A DNA stretch of 64,000 bases from Gammaproteobacteria bacterium (GTDB lineage: Bacteria; Pseudomonadota; Gammaproteobacteria; Eutrophobiales; Eutrophobiaceae): the NCBI GenBank assembly GCA_963422205.2, contig CAXMWX010000005.1, positions 128,001 to 192,000 on the forward strand, read 5' to 3'. Below the pieces are notes generated by a model, which saw only the letters and a program-made list of their open reading frames with translations, ran no database searches and was not told the DNA's origin. Below are positions 8,958 to 18,253 of this stretch, one piece after another. The translations under genes were made by a program, and so were the position numbers. The stretch's first letter is position 1, and each line of letters begins with the position of its first letter.

Positions 8958-10399
8958 TGATTATCACTCCTTATATCCTGTTCGATTGGGTATAAATCAC
9001 AAAAACGGGTGGCTTCCTGGAACGCATAGGCCAGTTGTAAAACGCCTAATTCATCCCGAGGTTTGCCAACAATCTGTAGACCGACGGGTAACCCGTTACG
9101 GCTAAATCCGGCAGGAACCGAAACAGCCGGCAAGCCAGGCACACTAATATAATAACAGGCACGCATCCAATCAATATACGTTGTCATCTCTATATTATTT
9201 ATTTTTACAGGGTACTCAAGATCGATACTGAATGGTTCTACTTGGGTAACAGGCAGCAGCAGATAATCGTATTCCTGCATGAATTCCACCACCTGTAAAT
9301 ATAACCGCGTGCGTTTTCTATGGGCGCTCGCCAAGTCTTCAGCGCTGAGTTTCTGCCCCTGCAAAATCTCATCCTGCAAAACCGGCTTCATCAGGTTTTG
9401 TTTATCAGCGAACAGTCTGCCCAGCGTTGCCGCATACGAATAAGATCGCAATGTCTTGAATATCACATCGGCATCAGAGAAATCCGGTATCGCCAATTCG
9501 ACCGGCATGCCCATGAGAGAGAAATATTTGATACTCTCTTCCAGGACTGCAATGATTTCCGATTGCACCGGGATTTGCTTGCCAAAATCCGGACTGAACG
9601 CTATCTTCCTGCCAGAGAAATCTGTCTCAAGGCTTTGCTTAAAAACCGAACCAAGGGCATCAATCGCAATCGGACTTCGGCTATCCGGGCCGGCGATCAC
9701 ACTAAGAAATAGAGCAACATCTTCCACGGTTCGAGCCATCGGCCCTTCCACACCCAGTGTGAACCAACCGAGTTCATTCGGCCAACCAGGTATGCGGCCC
9801 GGTGCAGGACGCAGGCCAACCACATTACAAAAACTGGCCGGGTTTCGCAGCGAACCGCCCATGTCGCTGCCATCGGCCAAACTCACCATGCCCGCCGCCA
9901 GGGCCGCCGCCGCACCGCCGCTACTGCCGCCCGCGGTCAATGCCATGTTATACGGGTTTAATGTCGTACCAAAAATTTTATTAAAGGTATGCGAGCCGGC
10001 GCCAAATTCCGGCGTGTTGGTCTTACCGATACTGATAGCACCCGCCGCTCGCATCCGCTGCACCAGCAGAGAGTCAGTATCAGGTATGTTATCTTGATAA
10101 ATCAGCGAACCAAACGTTGTTCGCATACCCCTGGTCAAGGCCATATCCTTATGTGCAACGGGCAGACCAAATAAAGCCGGCAGGTCTGTGTCCTTCTGCC
10201 GCAGTGCATCCATTTTATGTGCCTGTGCCAGAGACTGTTCCGCATCCAGCGTCACGATGGCATTAATCTTAGGGTTACAGGCGTCAATTCTGGCCAAGCT
10301 TGCCTGCATCAATTCCACGCAACTCAATTCACCTGCCCGCAGTAAGGCGACCAACTCCGTTGCCGTTTTGTAGTGTAGCTCGGTTGCCTCAGTCAGCAT
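8936..10399 (-). CDS. Amidase (amidase-signature family)
   Basis: Ser-cisSer-Lys motifs: VAHKD, GGSSGG, GSDMGGSLRNPA; no signal peptide. Confidence 0.93.
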   Translation of the reverse strand: MLTEATELHYKTATELVALLRAGELSCVELMQASLARIDACNPKINAIVTLDAEQSLAQAHKMDALRQKDTDLPALFGLPVAHKDMALTRGMRTTFGSLIYQDNIPDTDSLLVQRMRAAGAISIGKTNTPEFGAGSHTFNKIFGTTLNPYNMALTAGGSSGGAAAALAAGMVSLADGSDMGGSLRNPASFCNVVGLRPAPGRIPGWPNELGWFTLGVEGPMARTVEDVALFLSVIAGPDSRSPIAIDALGSVFKQSLETDFSGRKIAFSPDFGKQIPVQSEIIAVLEESIKYFSLMGMPVELAIPDFSDADVIFKTLRSYSYAATLGRLFADKQNLMKPVLQDEILQGQKLSAEDLASAHRKRTRLYLQVVEFMQEYDYLLLPVTQVEPFSIDLEYPVKINNIEMTTYIDWMRACYYISVPGLPAVSVPAGFSRNGLPVGLQIVGKPRDELGVLQLAYAFQEATRFCDLYPIEQDIRSDNQCYPDIT

Positions 10400-10471
10400 G
10401 GTAACAGGGGGCTCGGCATAACGAGAGACAAGATACTGAAATGCTTGTCATGCGGATGGTATGTCAAATAT

Positions 10472-12889
10472 CTAAAAACGGTAATCAACGCTGATACCGT
10501 ATGTCCTCGGCATACCGTTGGTACGGACGAAGGTGAAGTTGCCCCCGTCGAATGCGCTCAAAAAATAATCCCGATTAAAGATATTCCTCGCCCACAGAGT
10601 CGCACGCCATTTATCATTCGTGGTGCTGGTTAGCGATAAACGTGCGTTAGCCAGCAGATAAGAATGCTTGGCGGCCTCGCCAGCGAGCACACCGCCGCTG
10701 GTCTCATCGCGAAAGATGGCATCAAACGAAGGCGTCAACACATACTGGTTGGCAATCATGACATCGTATGTCGACCCCAGATTGACCGACCACCTGGGCG
10801 CATTGTCCAACTCAACACCAGCGGCATCAAATAATACCGTGTTGGGGAAGCTGCTTTGCTGACTATCAACGGCCAGGTACTCCTCGATTTCCGTATTCAG
10901 ATAGACCATGCTTGCATTTACGTTCCAGTTCTCCGTTAGCCGAGTATTCACCTCGGTTTCCAGACCAAGGATTTCCGACTCCGGTATGTTGGTCAAGCCT
11001 GAGATATTGCCCACCGGGGTCACGGCATCGTTGCGCTCCTGTTTGTCTTTATAATCATAATAAAAAACCGACGTATTCCACTGCACCCGGCCATCAGCCA
11101 GTGTCGCCTTAAAACCGATCTCATAAGCGATCAGCTTTTCAGGCGTGTAGGGTAATAACTGGCTATGAGTGTTGGAGTTGGCACCATTGAAACCGCCCGA
11201 CTTAAACCCCCTGGAAATATTGGCAAACAGCAGAATATCATCAGCCGGTGAGTAATCAACGCCAAACTTCCACATCCACTCACTCGCCGATATTTTCCTT
11301 GCAAAGGGCGCATACTGTCCGACCATCGGGGTGCCGGGGATATCATTGAAGGTACCGCAGCCATTGGGCGCTAACGGATTAACCGCAGGCAGGCCGTTGG
11401 GAAAATTAAACCCATCGTTTAATAAACCGTTGGCCGTTATCCTGCCCGGCCCGTTGATAACCGTATTCAGAAAGACGTGCAGCGGTGCGCCGCTAAGGCC
11501 GGCAATATCCGTTGGCGTTGCATCATTGGTGCAACCGCTCCACTGCCTGTCTTCGCTGGTGTAACGGGCGCCCGCTGTCACGCCCCACTTATCGGTCACA
11601 TCCCATTCGACATGGGCGAACACGGCAATGGATTGCACATCCTGTTCATAGTTAGTATCAAGCTGATTGATACCGAAACGGCCTTCGCCAAAGAAATAAT
11701 TATAATCCTCAGCCAGATCATCCTCTGAATAATAAAGCCCGGCCAGCCACTCGATATCCTCACCCACGGTGGATGATACCCGCAACTCCTGCGAGAAGAC
11801 GTCAATATCGGTCACATTAATATTGCTGGAATCAAGCAAGGCGATCCCATCCCAGTCATTCGCCTCAGTACGATCAAAGTTATCATAGCTGGTGATGGAG
11901 ACGAACTCAAAATCACGATAATTCCAGGCCAGCCTGGCAGAGAGACCCAGCAACTGGTTATCACGTTTCGGCCTTAGCACATTACCCGCCCCGTTAGTCC
12001 AGTCAGCCGCTGTGTTGTCATTGGTCATATAGGTGACAAAGCGCTCCAACTGTCCCATGTTATTGGCCGTTGCACGCCTTGTCGGAAAAGGCTGGCCTAT
12101 GGTCGTGCCATTGACCGGTGTATTGGCAATACCATCTGAACGATCATCATTGTAGCGCACATAAAAATGTGCCGTGAGATCCGAGGTCACATCCCACGCT
12201 AACTGACCACGAACGGCATAGGCGTCCCTCATCCCCAGCTTATCCCCGGGTCTGGTCAGGCTTTCCTGCCAGCCTTCCCAGGCCCGTACCGTCTTGAATG
12301 CGGCCCGGGCACGCACCGCATCAGACAGGGGGCCACTGACGTAGCCCTCTGCATCCAGAGTTTCGTAATTGCCATAGCTTAATGACACACCTGCCTCGAG
12401 TTCATCGGTGGGTTTTCTGCTGATGAAGTGAACCTGCCCGGCGGTCGTATTGCGCCCGTATAAATCACCTTGCGGCCCCTTCAAAATCTCAACCCGCTCA
12501 ACATCAAAATACTGCCCGCTCGCCATCACCGGATAGGGCAAAGACACCTCATCAACATAAATCCCAACCGTTGAGGAGGCAGAAGTTGAATAGTCGTTAA
12601 AACCCACGCCACGGATAGACCAGGATGAGGTGCCCGTGCCAGCCGTCTGGTTGACCACCAGGCCGGGGACGATACTTGACAAGTCCTCCGCTGATCTGAT
12701 GCCATAGCTGGCGATGGATTCTGATGAGAAAGCCGATATCGCCAGTGGCACATCATTGATGCCCTGCTCCCTCTTCTGGGCGGTCACGATGACCTCTTCA
12801 AGCATGACGGGCCCCGAAACCTGCGCCAGGCTGTCGGCACTTAATGTGATTAACATAATAAAAACGTTGGCTAAATTAACAATCCTCAT
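10472..12889 (-). CDS. TonB-dependent receptor 1
   Basis: LEEVIVTAQKRE, ERVEILKGPQGDLYGRNTTAG and C-terminal PRTYGISVDYRF. Confidence 0.95.
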   Translation of the reverse strand: MRIVNLANVFIMLITLSADSLAQVSGPVMLEEVIVTAQKREQGINDVPLAISAFSSESIASYGIRSAEDLSSIVPGLVVNQTAGTGTSSWSIRGVGFNDYSTSASSTVGIYVDEVSLPYPVMASGQYFDVERVEILKGPQGDLYGRNTTAGQVHFISRKPTDELEAGVSLSYGNYETLDAEGYVSGPLSDAVRARAAFKTVRAWEGWQESLTRPGDKLGMRDAYAVRGQLAWDVTSDLTAHFYVRYNDDRSDGIANTPVNGTTIGQPFPTRRATANNMGQLERFVTYMTNDNTAADWTNGAGNVLRPKRDNQLLGLSARLAWNYRDFEFVSITSYDNFDRTEANDWDGIALLDSSNINVTDIDVFSQELRVSSTVGEDIEWLAGLYYSEDDLAEDYNYFFGEGRFGINQLDTNYEQDVQSIAVFAHVEWDVTDKWGVTAGARYTSEDRQWSGCTNDATPTDIAGLSGAPLHVFLNTVINGPGRITANGLLNDGFNFPNGLPAVNPLAPNGCGTFNDIPGTPMVGQYAPFARKISASEWMWKFGVDYSPADDILLFANISRGFKSGGFNGANSNTHSQLLPYTPEKLIAYEIGFKATLADGRVQWNTSVFYYDYKDKQERNDAVTPVGNISGLTNIPESEILGLETEVNTRLTENWNVNASMVYLNTEIEEYLAVDSQQSSFPNTVLFDAAGVELDNAPRWSVNLGSTYDVMIANQYVLTPSFDAIFRDETSGGVLAGEAAKHSYLLANARLSLTSTTNDKWRATLWARNIFNRDYFLSAFDGGNFTFVRTNGMPRTYGISVDYRF

Positions 12890-13000
12890 CAGTCTCCCCT
12901 CGGATACACGTCAAGTCACTGCTGTTCAGGATATTTATCTGTATAATCTTTCACGGCAATCGTACAGATTCAGGGTTTGTATTATACATATACTGCCTGT

Positions 13001-13032
13001 TATGTATACTAAAATAACTATATTGTATACGA
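13001..13032. promoter_or_regulatory. Two TGTATAC boxes, candidate GntR/FadR operators
   Basis: atgtatacta and ttgtatacga, with cores 21 bp apart, in the AT-rich divergent gap between the receptor and GntR genes. Confidence 0.6.
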
Positions 13033-13076
13033 AAAGTCATAAATATGAATAATATTAGTTGGTTAGGTCTACATAA

Positions 13077-13721
13077 ATGCTGCAATCAGCCCGCCTGAAG
13101 GCGATTCTGGAGCGTGAAATCGTGACTGGTGAGATCAAGCCGGGGCAGCGTCTGGATGAGACAGAGCTGGCGAATCGTTACGGTGTTTCACGTACCCCGG
13201 TGCGAGAAGCCCTGATGATCCTGGAAAGTATTAACTTAGTTGAGCGACGCCCACGGCAGGGCGCCATCGTCAAAGGCGTGACCTTGTCTCGCCTGGTGCA
13301 GTTGATGGAGGCATTACGTGAGCTTGAAGTCATCTGTGGTCGGCTAACAACGCAACGTGCCGGGCCGAAGGAAATCGCCGCCCTGGAGATGGGATTTAAG
13401 GAATATAAACACGCCTTGCAGACCAACGACAGGGATCTGGTTTATGATAAGGTGATTCAATTTCATCGCACCTTGTTCACGACTTCCGGGAATGATGAGC
13501 TGGCGGAAATCACCGAGCAGATTGCCGAGCGGATGGAGCCATTTTTACGCGCACAACACCACAGTGAAAACTTGAATGATGCAGAGTTTTGCGAAGCACA
13601 TGAAAAAATCATGGCGGCAATAAAAGCAGGCGCCGAGGAAGAAACCGCCAGACTGCTGCGTCAGATCGTGCAGATAGATACCGAAATACTGACCGATTTT
13701 ACTGCATCACAAAAAAACTAA
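13077..13721 (+). CDS. GntR (FadR/FCD) family regulator
   Basis: PGQRLDETELANRYGVSRTPVREAL HTH plus an FCD-like C-terminus. Confidence 0.93.
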   Translation: MLQSARLKAILEREIVTGEIKPGQRLDETELANRYGVSRTPVREALMILESINLVERRPRQGAIVKGVTLSRLVQLMEALRELEVICGRLTTQRAGPKEIAALEMGFKEYKHALQTNDRDLVYDKVIQFHRTLFTTSGNDELAEITEQIAERMEPFLRAQHHSENLNDAEFCEAHEKIMAAIKAGAEEETARLLRQIVQIDTEILTDFTASQKN

Positions 13722-13728
13722 ACCAACC

Positions 13729-15084
13729 ATGGCAGGTATTGATAAAATCACAGCGCTCACTATCCGACTGCTTGATCGTCATCTACCTGAACCCTTCACA
13801 TTTGCCCTGCTGATAACAGGCATCACCCTGACCCTGGTCATGCTGTTTACTGACACATCGTTCATCCTGGCCGTTCAGTTCTGGGGTAATGGCCTGAGTA
13901 TGTTGTTAGAGTTCATCGCACAAATGGCCCTGATGGTATTCCTTTCCTACACGCTGGCCAATTTAGGCCCGATGAGGAGACTGCTGGAAAAACTGTCAAG
14001 TATCCCAAACTCGGCGACCCAGGCTTATCTATTCATCGTCTATGTGGTTGGTATAATCAGCTTGATTGCCTGGCCTGCCGGCCTGATATGTGGCGGTATA
14101 TTAGCCCGACATACAGCAATGACGGCAAAACAGAGAGACATCAAAATTCACTATCCCTTACTCGCTGGTGCGGCCTATGGCGGCTTCGTTGTGTGGCACA
14201 TGGGCTACTCGGCCAGCGCCCCTTTATTTGTCGCCACCAAAGGCAATGCCATGCAGGAACAACTGGGCGAGGTGATACCGATTACAGAGACAATAGCCAC
14301 CACCTGGAACATAACGCTGGCCTTGTTGACTCTGACTGTCGTTGCCTTCACGTCCGTATTTCTGCACCCCAAAAACCCCCGGCTTATCGAAGAAATTGAA
14401 CAAAAATCGAGCGTGCAAGAGGCACAATCGGTTGTCATCACAAGCCGATATGGCCTGGCCGCCATGCTTGAACACCACAGGCTGATCACCCTGTCAACGG
14501 GCATATTGCTGCTTATCTATGTTGGTCATTGGTTCCTCAGCAAAGGGCTGCAATTAAACTTGAACATCGTCAACTGGTCGCTGTTAGCGCTCATCCTGCT
14601 GTGTTGTAAATCGGCGCATGAACTTAACAATACGATGATAACAGGCGGCAAAGTCATGGTGCCGATCATACAACAATATCCCCTGTATGCCGGTATCATG
14701 GGCGTGATGTTAAGCAGTGGTCTGGTGCCAACAATAGCGGAGGGGTTTATTCGCATTGCTGCGGCAGAGACACTGCCGTTTATCTGTTTCCTTGTTGCGG
14801 CTATTGTCAATCTCTTTATCCCTTCCGGTGGCGCCCAGTGGACGGTGCAGGGGCCGATTTTTATTGAAGCGGCCACACGGCTTGGCGTGGACTATGAACT
14901 CATTGTCATGAGTGTGGCCTATGGGGATCAGTGGACAAATTTAATTCACCCTTTCAGTGTCATTATCCTGTTGATTTTGACCGGGCTGAAATTAAAACAA
15001 GTCTTGAGTTATTCCGCAGTATTATTTATTGCCGCCGGTCTGCCGCTCGGCTCAGGATTACTGTTATTACCGCACCTGCTATGA
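13729..15084 (+). CDS. Short-chain fatty acid transporter (AtoE family)
   Basis: Multi-TM; HYPLL..AY.GFVVWHMG.S.SAPL, NLFIPSGGAQW and AYGDQWTN motifs. Confidence 0.88.
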   Translation: MAGIDKITALTIRLLDRHLPEPFTFALLITGITLTLVMLFTDTSFILAVQFWGNGLSMLLEFIAQMALMVFLSYTLANLGPMRRLLEKLSSIPNSATQAYLFIVYVVGIISLIAWPAGLICGGILARHTAMTAKQRDIKIHYPLLAGAAYGGFVVWHMGYSASAPLFVATKGNAMQEQLGEVIPITETIATTWNITLALLTLTVVAFTSVFLHPKNPRLIEEIEQKSSVQEAQSVVITSRYGLAAMLEHHRLITLSTGILLLIYVGHWFLSKGLQLNLNIVNWSLLALILLCCKSAHELNNTMITGGKVMVPIIQQYPLYAGIMGVMLSSGLVPTIAEGFIRIAAAETLPFICFLVAAIVNLFIPSGGAQWTVQGPIFIEAATRLGVDYELIVMSVAYGDQWTNLIHPFSVIILLILTGLKLKQVLSYSAVLFIAAGLPLGSGLLLLPHLL

Positions 15085-15139
15085 AAGACAAGATAAAAAA
15101 TCAAATCCGGCACACTGTACTTGAAACAGGAGAAATACG

Positions 15140-15487
15140 ATGTCCGAAGAGGCGGTAAAAGCAGTTATTGAAGCGTATGTCGCTGCCTGTCAGGCGGCTG
15201 ATGTGAAGCGGCTACAGGCGGTATTTCACCCCGGGGCGAATATGATGGGCTACATGCAGGGCCGGTTTTTGACAGGCGGTCCGAAACCCTTCTTCGATTC
15301 TGTTACCAGCAGCACCCCCTGCACCTATGATTACAAAATAAGCGAAATCAGCGTAGCAGGCGATGTGGGCTCTGCCCGCCTGGATGAGGAGGGCTATATG
15401 GGCAGCAACTTCACCGATTATTTCCAGCTTGCCCGAACGGAAGATGGCTGGCAGATCGTCAGCAAGGTATTTCATGTCAGGCAATAA
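15140..15487 (+). CDS. NTF2-like / putative lumazine-binding family protein
   Basis: 115 aa; AVFHPGA..FTDYFQLARTEDGWQIVSKVF; AGGAG RBS. Confidence 0.8.
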   Translation: MSEEAVKAVIEAYVAACQAADVKRLQAVFHPGANMMGYMQGRFLTGGPKPFFDSVTSSTPCTYDYKISEISVAGDVGSARLDEEGYMGSNFTDYFQLARTEDGWQIVSKVFHVRQ

Positions 15488-15526
15488 TATCCTGTCATTA
15501 TCAGCGCCTGTTGATACCATAGGCGT

Positions 15527-17002
15527 ATGATCACGCCCCGCATTGCCACCGCTGTCCTGCTCACGCATGGTGAGGATCCACAGCGTGAGGTCTATCTGGT
15601 CAAGCGCTCCAGCCAGCTCAAGGCGTTCGCCGGGCAGTGGGCGTTCCCCGGCGGCACTGTGGATGCAATCGATGAGCAGCATGCTGGCTCACAACATCAC
15701 ACCCTGTTACGTTGCGCCATGAGAGAAATCCTGGAAGAGACCGGCCTGCTGCTGATGCCCGATGCACACCCGCCGGCCGATCTGACAACTATCCGGCAGG
15801 CGTTGCTGGATGATGGCGAATCGCCACAATGGGCGGCACTCATTGACTCCATCGAGGTGGAACGAGCCGGCTTTAACCCCGTCTGTGAGTTCACCACACC
15901 GCCGATATCGAAGGTACGTTTTCAGACCCAGTTCATGCAGATACAACTGAACGCCTCGGCTGAGCCGACGATCATCCCTGGCGAGCTGGATGAGGGGGCT
16001 TTCTTCTCAGCCGACCAGGCGATCAAACTATGGGAGGCCGGGGAGATGGCCATCTCCCCGCCGGTGTTGTTTTTACTCAAGCTGATGCAGGGCCGGCCGC
16101 TGGCTGAATTTATTGCCCTGGCCAGTAAAGCCACCGCCGATTTTGAACAGGGACGGCTACCGCCGGGCTGCTTCTCCCCCGGCATCTTCCTGGCACCGCT
16201 AAAGACCCCGACCCTGCCACCGGCGATAACGACCAACACCCTGATCATCGGTAATGAGCAACGCTATATCGTTGATCCGGCCACGCCGGATGCCGATGAG
16301 CAGCAAAAGCTCATGCGGCAACTGGATGACTATCTCGCCCAGGGCAAACAACTCAAGGCCATCCTCTTAACGCATCATCACCCGGATCACATCGGTGCAG
16401 TCAATGTGATCAGCCAACATTATCAACTGCCGGTCAGGGCGCATCCTGAGACTTACCGCCGCATTCCTGAAGGCTACATCAAGGGCGAGCCGCTGTCCGA
16501 TGGCGAGCACATCGCCCTGGGGGTTGCCCCGGATGGCAGTGATGACTGGCAACTGGAGGCCATATACACCCCCGGCCATGCGGTTGATCATATCTGTTTT
16601 ATTGAAAACCGCTATCATGCGGCCATCGTTGGTGATATGTTATCTACCCTGTCCACCATCGTGATCGATCCACCCGAAGGCCACATGCGTACCTACCTCA
16701 ATAGCCTGCATCTGTTACAACAACGCGAAATCAAGGCCCTGTTCCCGGCCCACGGCCATGTCTACAGCGAAGGGGGGGCGCTGATCAGCGAATACATACA
16801 ACACCGGGCAGACCGGGAGCAGGCCATCGTTAAGGCACTTGGCAAGGAGCCGCAATCACTCCCAGCACTGGTTGTGAAAATATACCACGATATGCCGCCG
16901 CAAGCGCATCACATCGCCTCACGCTCGCTGCTGGCCGGGCTGATCAAACTACAGGAAGATGGCGTATGCAAGGAGCAGGCAGGTAACTGGTGCCGCCGGT
17001 AG
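15527..17002 (+). CDS. Nudix hydrolase - metallo-beta-lactamase (LACTB2-like) fusion
   Basis: FPGGTVD...AMREILEETG Nudix box; THHHPDH, TPGH, GD and PAHG MBL motifs; wHTH-like tail. Confidence 0.85.
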   Translation: MITPRIATAVLLTHGEDPQREVYLVKRSSQLKAFAGQWAFPGGTVDAIDEQHAGSQHHTLLRCAMREILEETGLLLMPDAHPPADLTTIRQALLDDGESPQWAALIDSIEVERAGFNPVCEFTTPPISKVRFQTQFMQIQLNASAEPTIIPGELDEGAFFSADQAIKLWEAGEMAISPPVLFLLKLMQGRPLAEFIALASKATADFEQGRLPPGCFSPGIFLAPLKTPTLPPAITTNTLIIGNEQRYIVDPATPDADEQQKLMRQLDDYLAQGKQLKAILLTHHHPDHIGAVNVISQHYQLPVRAHPETYRRIPEGYIKGEPLSDGEHIALGVAPDGSDDWQLEAIYTPGHAVDHICFIENRYHAAIVGDMLSTLSTIVIDPPEGHMRTYLNSLHLLQQREIKALFPAHGHVYSEGGALISEYIQHRADREQAIVKALGKEPQSLPALVVKIYHDMPPQAHHIASRSLLAGLIKLQEDGVCKEQAGNWCRR

Positions 17003-17070
17003 ATTAGGCCAGATCAGCACCACCTTACAAGCCGACCGGCGCCAGGGCAGCATCAGCCGTTGCCTGGGCT

Positions 17071-17388
17071 TCATTGAGGCAACAGCCGCTCTTCGATCTG
17101 GATGACAGGTTCGATATTAGTGAAGTTGGGAATATCGCCCATGATCTCTTCGGCATGGGGGCCGAAGGCTGTTTCGAACTCATCAACGCTGTCAAACCAG
17201 AGGCTGGCAACGGTGACATAAGGCACCGGCGCACCCGCCGCACCGCTCAAGCCCTTACAGACTTCAAGCTGCCTGATAGCACCGCCTAGCCTTTTCTGCA
17301 CCAGCGGCATGTGTGTTTGCAGGTAATACTCATAATCAAAATTACCGCCGTCTTGTCTGGGGTACATCACGTTCACTCTTATCATCAT
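17071..17388 (-). CDS. EthD family protein
   Basis: VMYP..FDYEYYLQTHMPLV...DIPNFTNIEPVIQI pattern. Confidence 0.85.
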   Translation of the reverse strand: MMIRVNVMYPRQDGGNFDYEYYLQTHMPLVQKRLGGAIRQLEVCKGLSGAAGAPVPYVTVASLWFDSVDEFETAFGPHAEEIMGDIPNFTNIEPVIQIEERLLPQ

Positions 17389-17582
17389 AACTCCTTAACA
17401 TGAAAAATTATTGCCCGGCACCGATCACCAGAAGGCTGACTGTGCTGGATGTCGTGATACAGTACCAGTTTTTCACGGCGGTTGCGTCGTTTTTTGCTGC
17501 ATGGCAGATTAAGAGGGGCTTGGCCTCGCTCAAGCACAGCCGCTATAATGCCCTGCAATCGCACGGTGCTGGATACAACACC

Positions 17583-18224
17583 ATGAAACTGTACACCTAT
17601 TATCGAAGCTCTGCCGCCTACCGAGTGAGGATCGCACTCAACCTGAAACGAATAGCCTGTGAATATGTCTACCTTGACTTAAAAAATGCGGCACACAAGA
17701 CGAAGAGTTTCGCCGCCATCAATCCACAGCAGTTTGTCCCGACCCTGCTGGTCAATGGTAACGGCATGACACAATCCTTGAGCATCATCCGCTATCTTGA
17801 TACGACCTGCCCCGAACCCGGACTGTACGGCGATGATGCCATGCAGACAGCACAGATAGAATCCGCTTCTCAGTTAATCGCCTGTGATATCCATCCCTTA
17901 AATAACCTGCGTGTGCTGCAATACCTGAAAAATCAGACCGGGCTGCAACCGACCGAGGTGGATGACTGGTATCGACACTGGATCACGGAAGGCTTCAAGG
18001 TGCTTGAGCAGATTGTGCAGCCAGCCAACACCGACACGCCTTTCTGCTTCGCCAACCGGGTGACGCTGGCCGATGTCTGCCTGGCCCCACAGATGTATAA
18101 CGCCCGGCGCTTTGCGGTCAATCTCTCTCCTTACCCCAGGCTGGTGGCGATAGATGCCCATCTCATGAGTCTGGCTGAATTCTCTGATGCCGCCCCGGAA
18201 AATCAACCGGACTGTGCATCATAA
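17583..18224 (+). CDS. maiA: Maleylacetoacetate isomerase (GST zeta)
   Basis: MKLYTYYRSSAAYRVRIALNLK and DIHPLNNLRVL; start reassigned to 17583. Confidence 0.93.
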   Translation: MKLYTYYRSSAAYRVRIALNLKRIACEYVYLDLKNAAHKTKSFAAINPQQFVPTLLVNGNGMTQSLSIIRYLDTTCPEPGLYGDDAMQTAQIESASQLIACDIHPLNNLRVLQYLKNQTGLQPTEVDDWYRHWITEGFKVLEQIVQPANTDTPFCFANRVTLADVCLAPQMYNARRFAVNLSPYPRLVAIDAHLMSLAEFSDAAPENQPDCAS

Positions 18225-18253
18225 AACCACCGCCGGCCGAATCCCTTATCACC

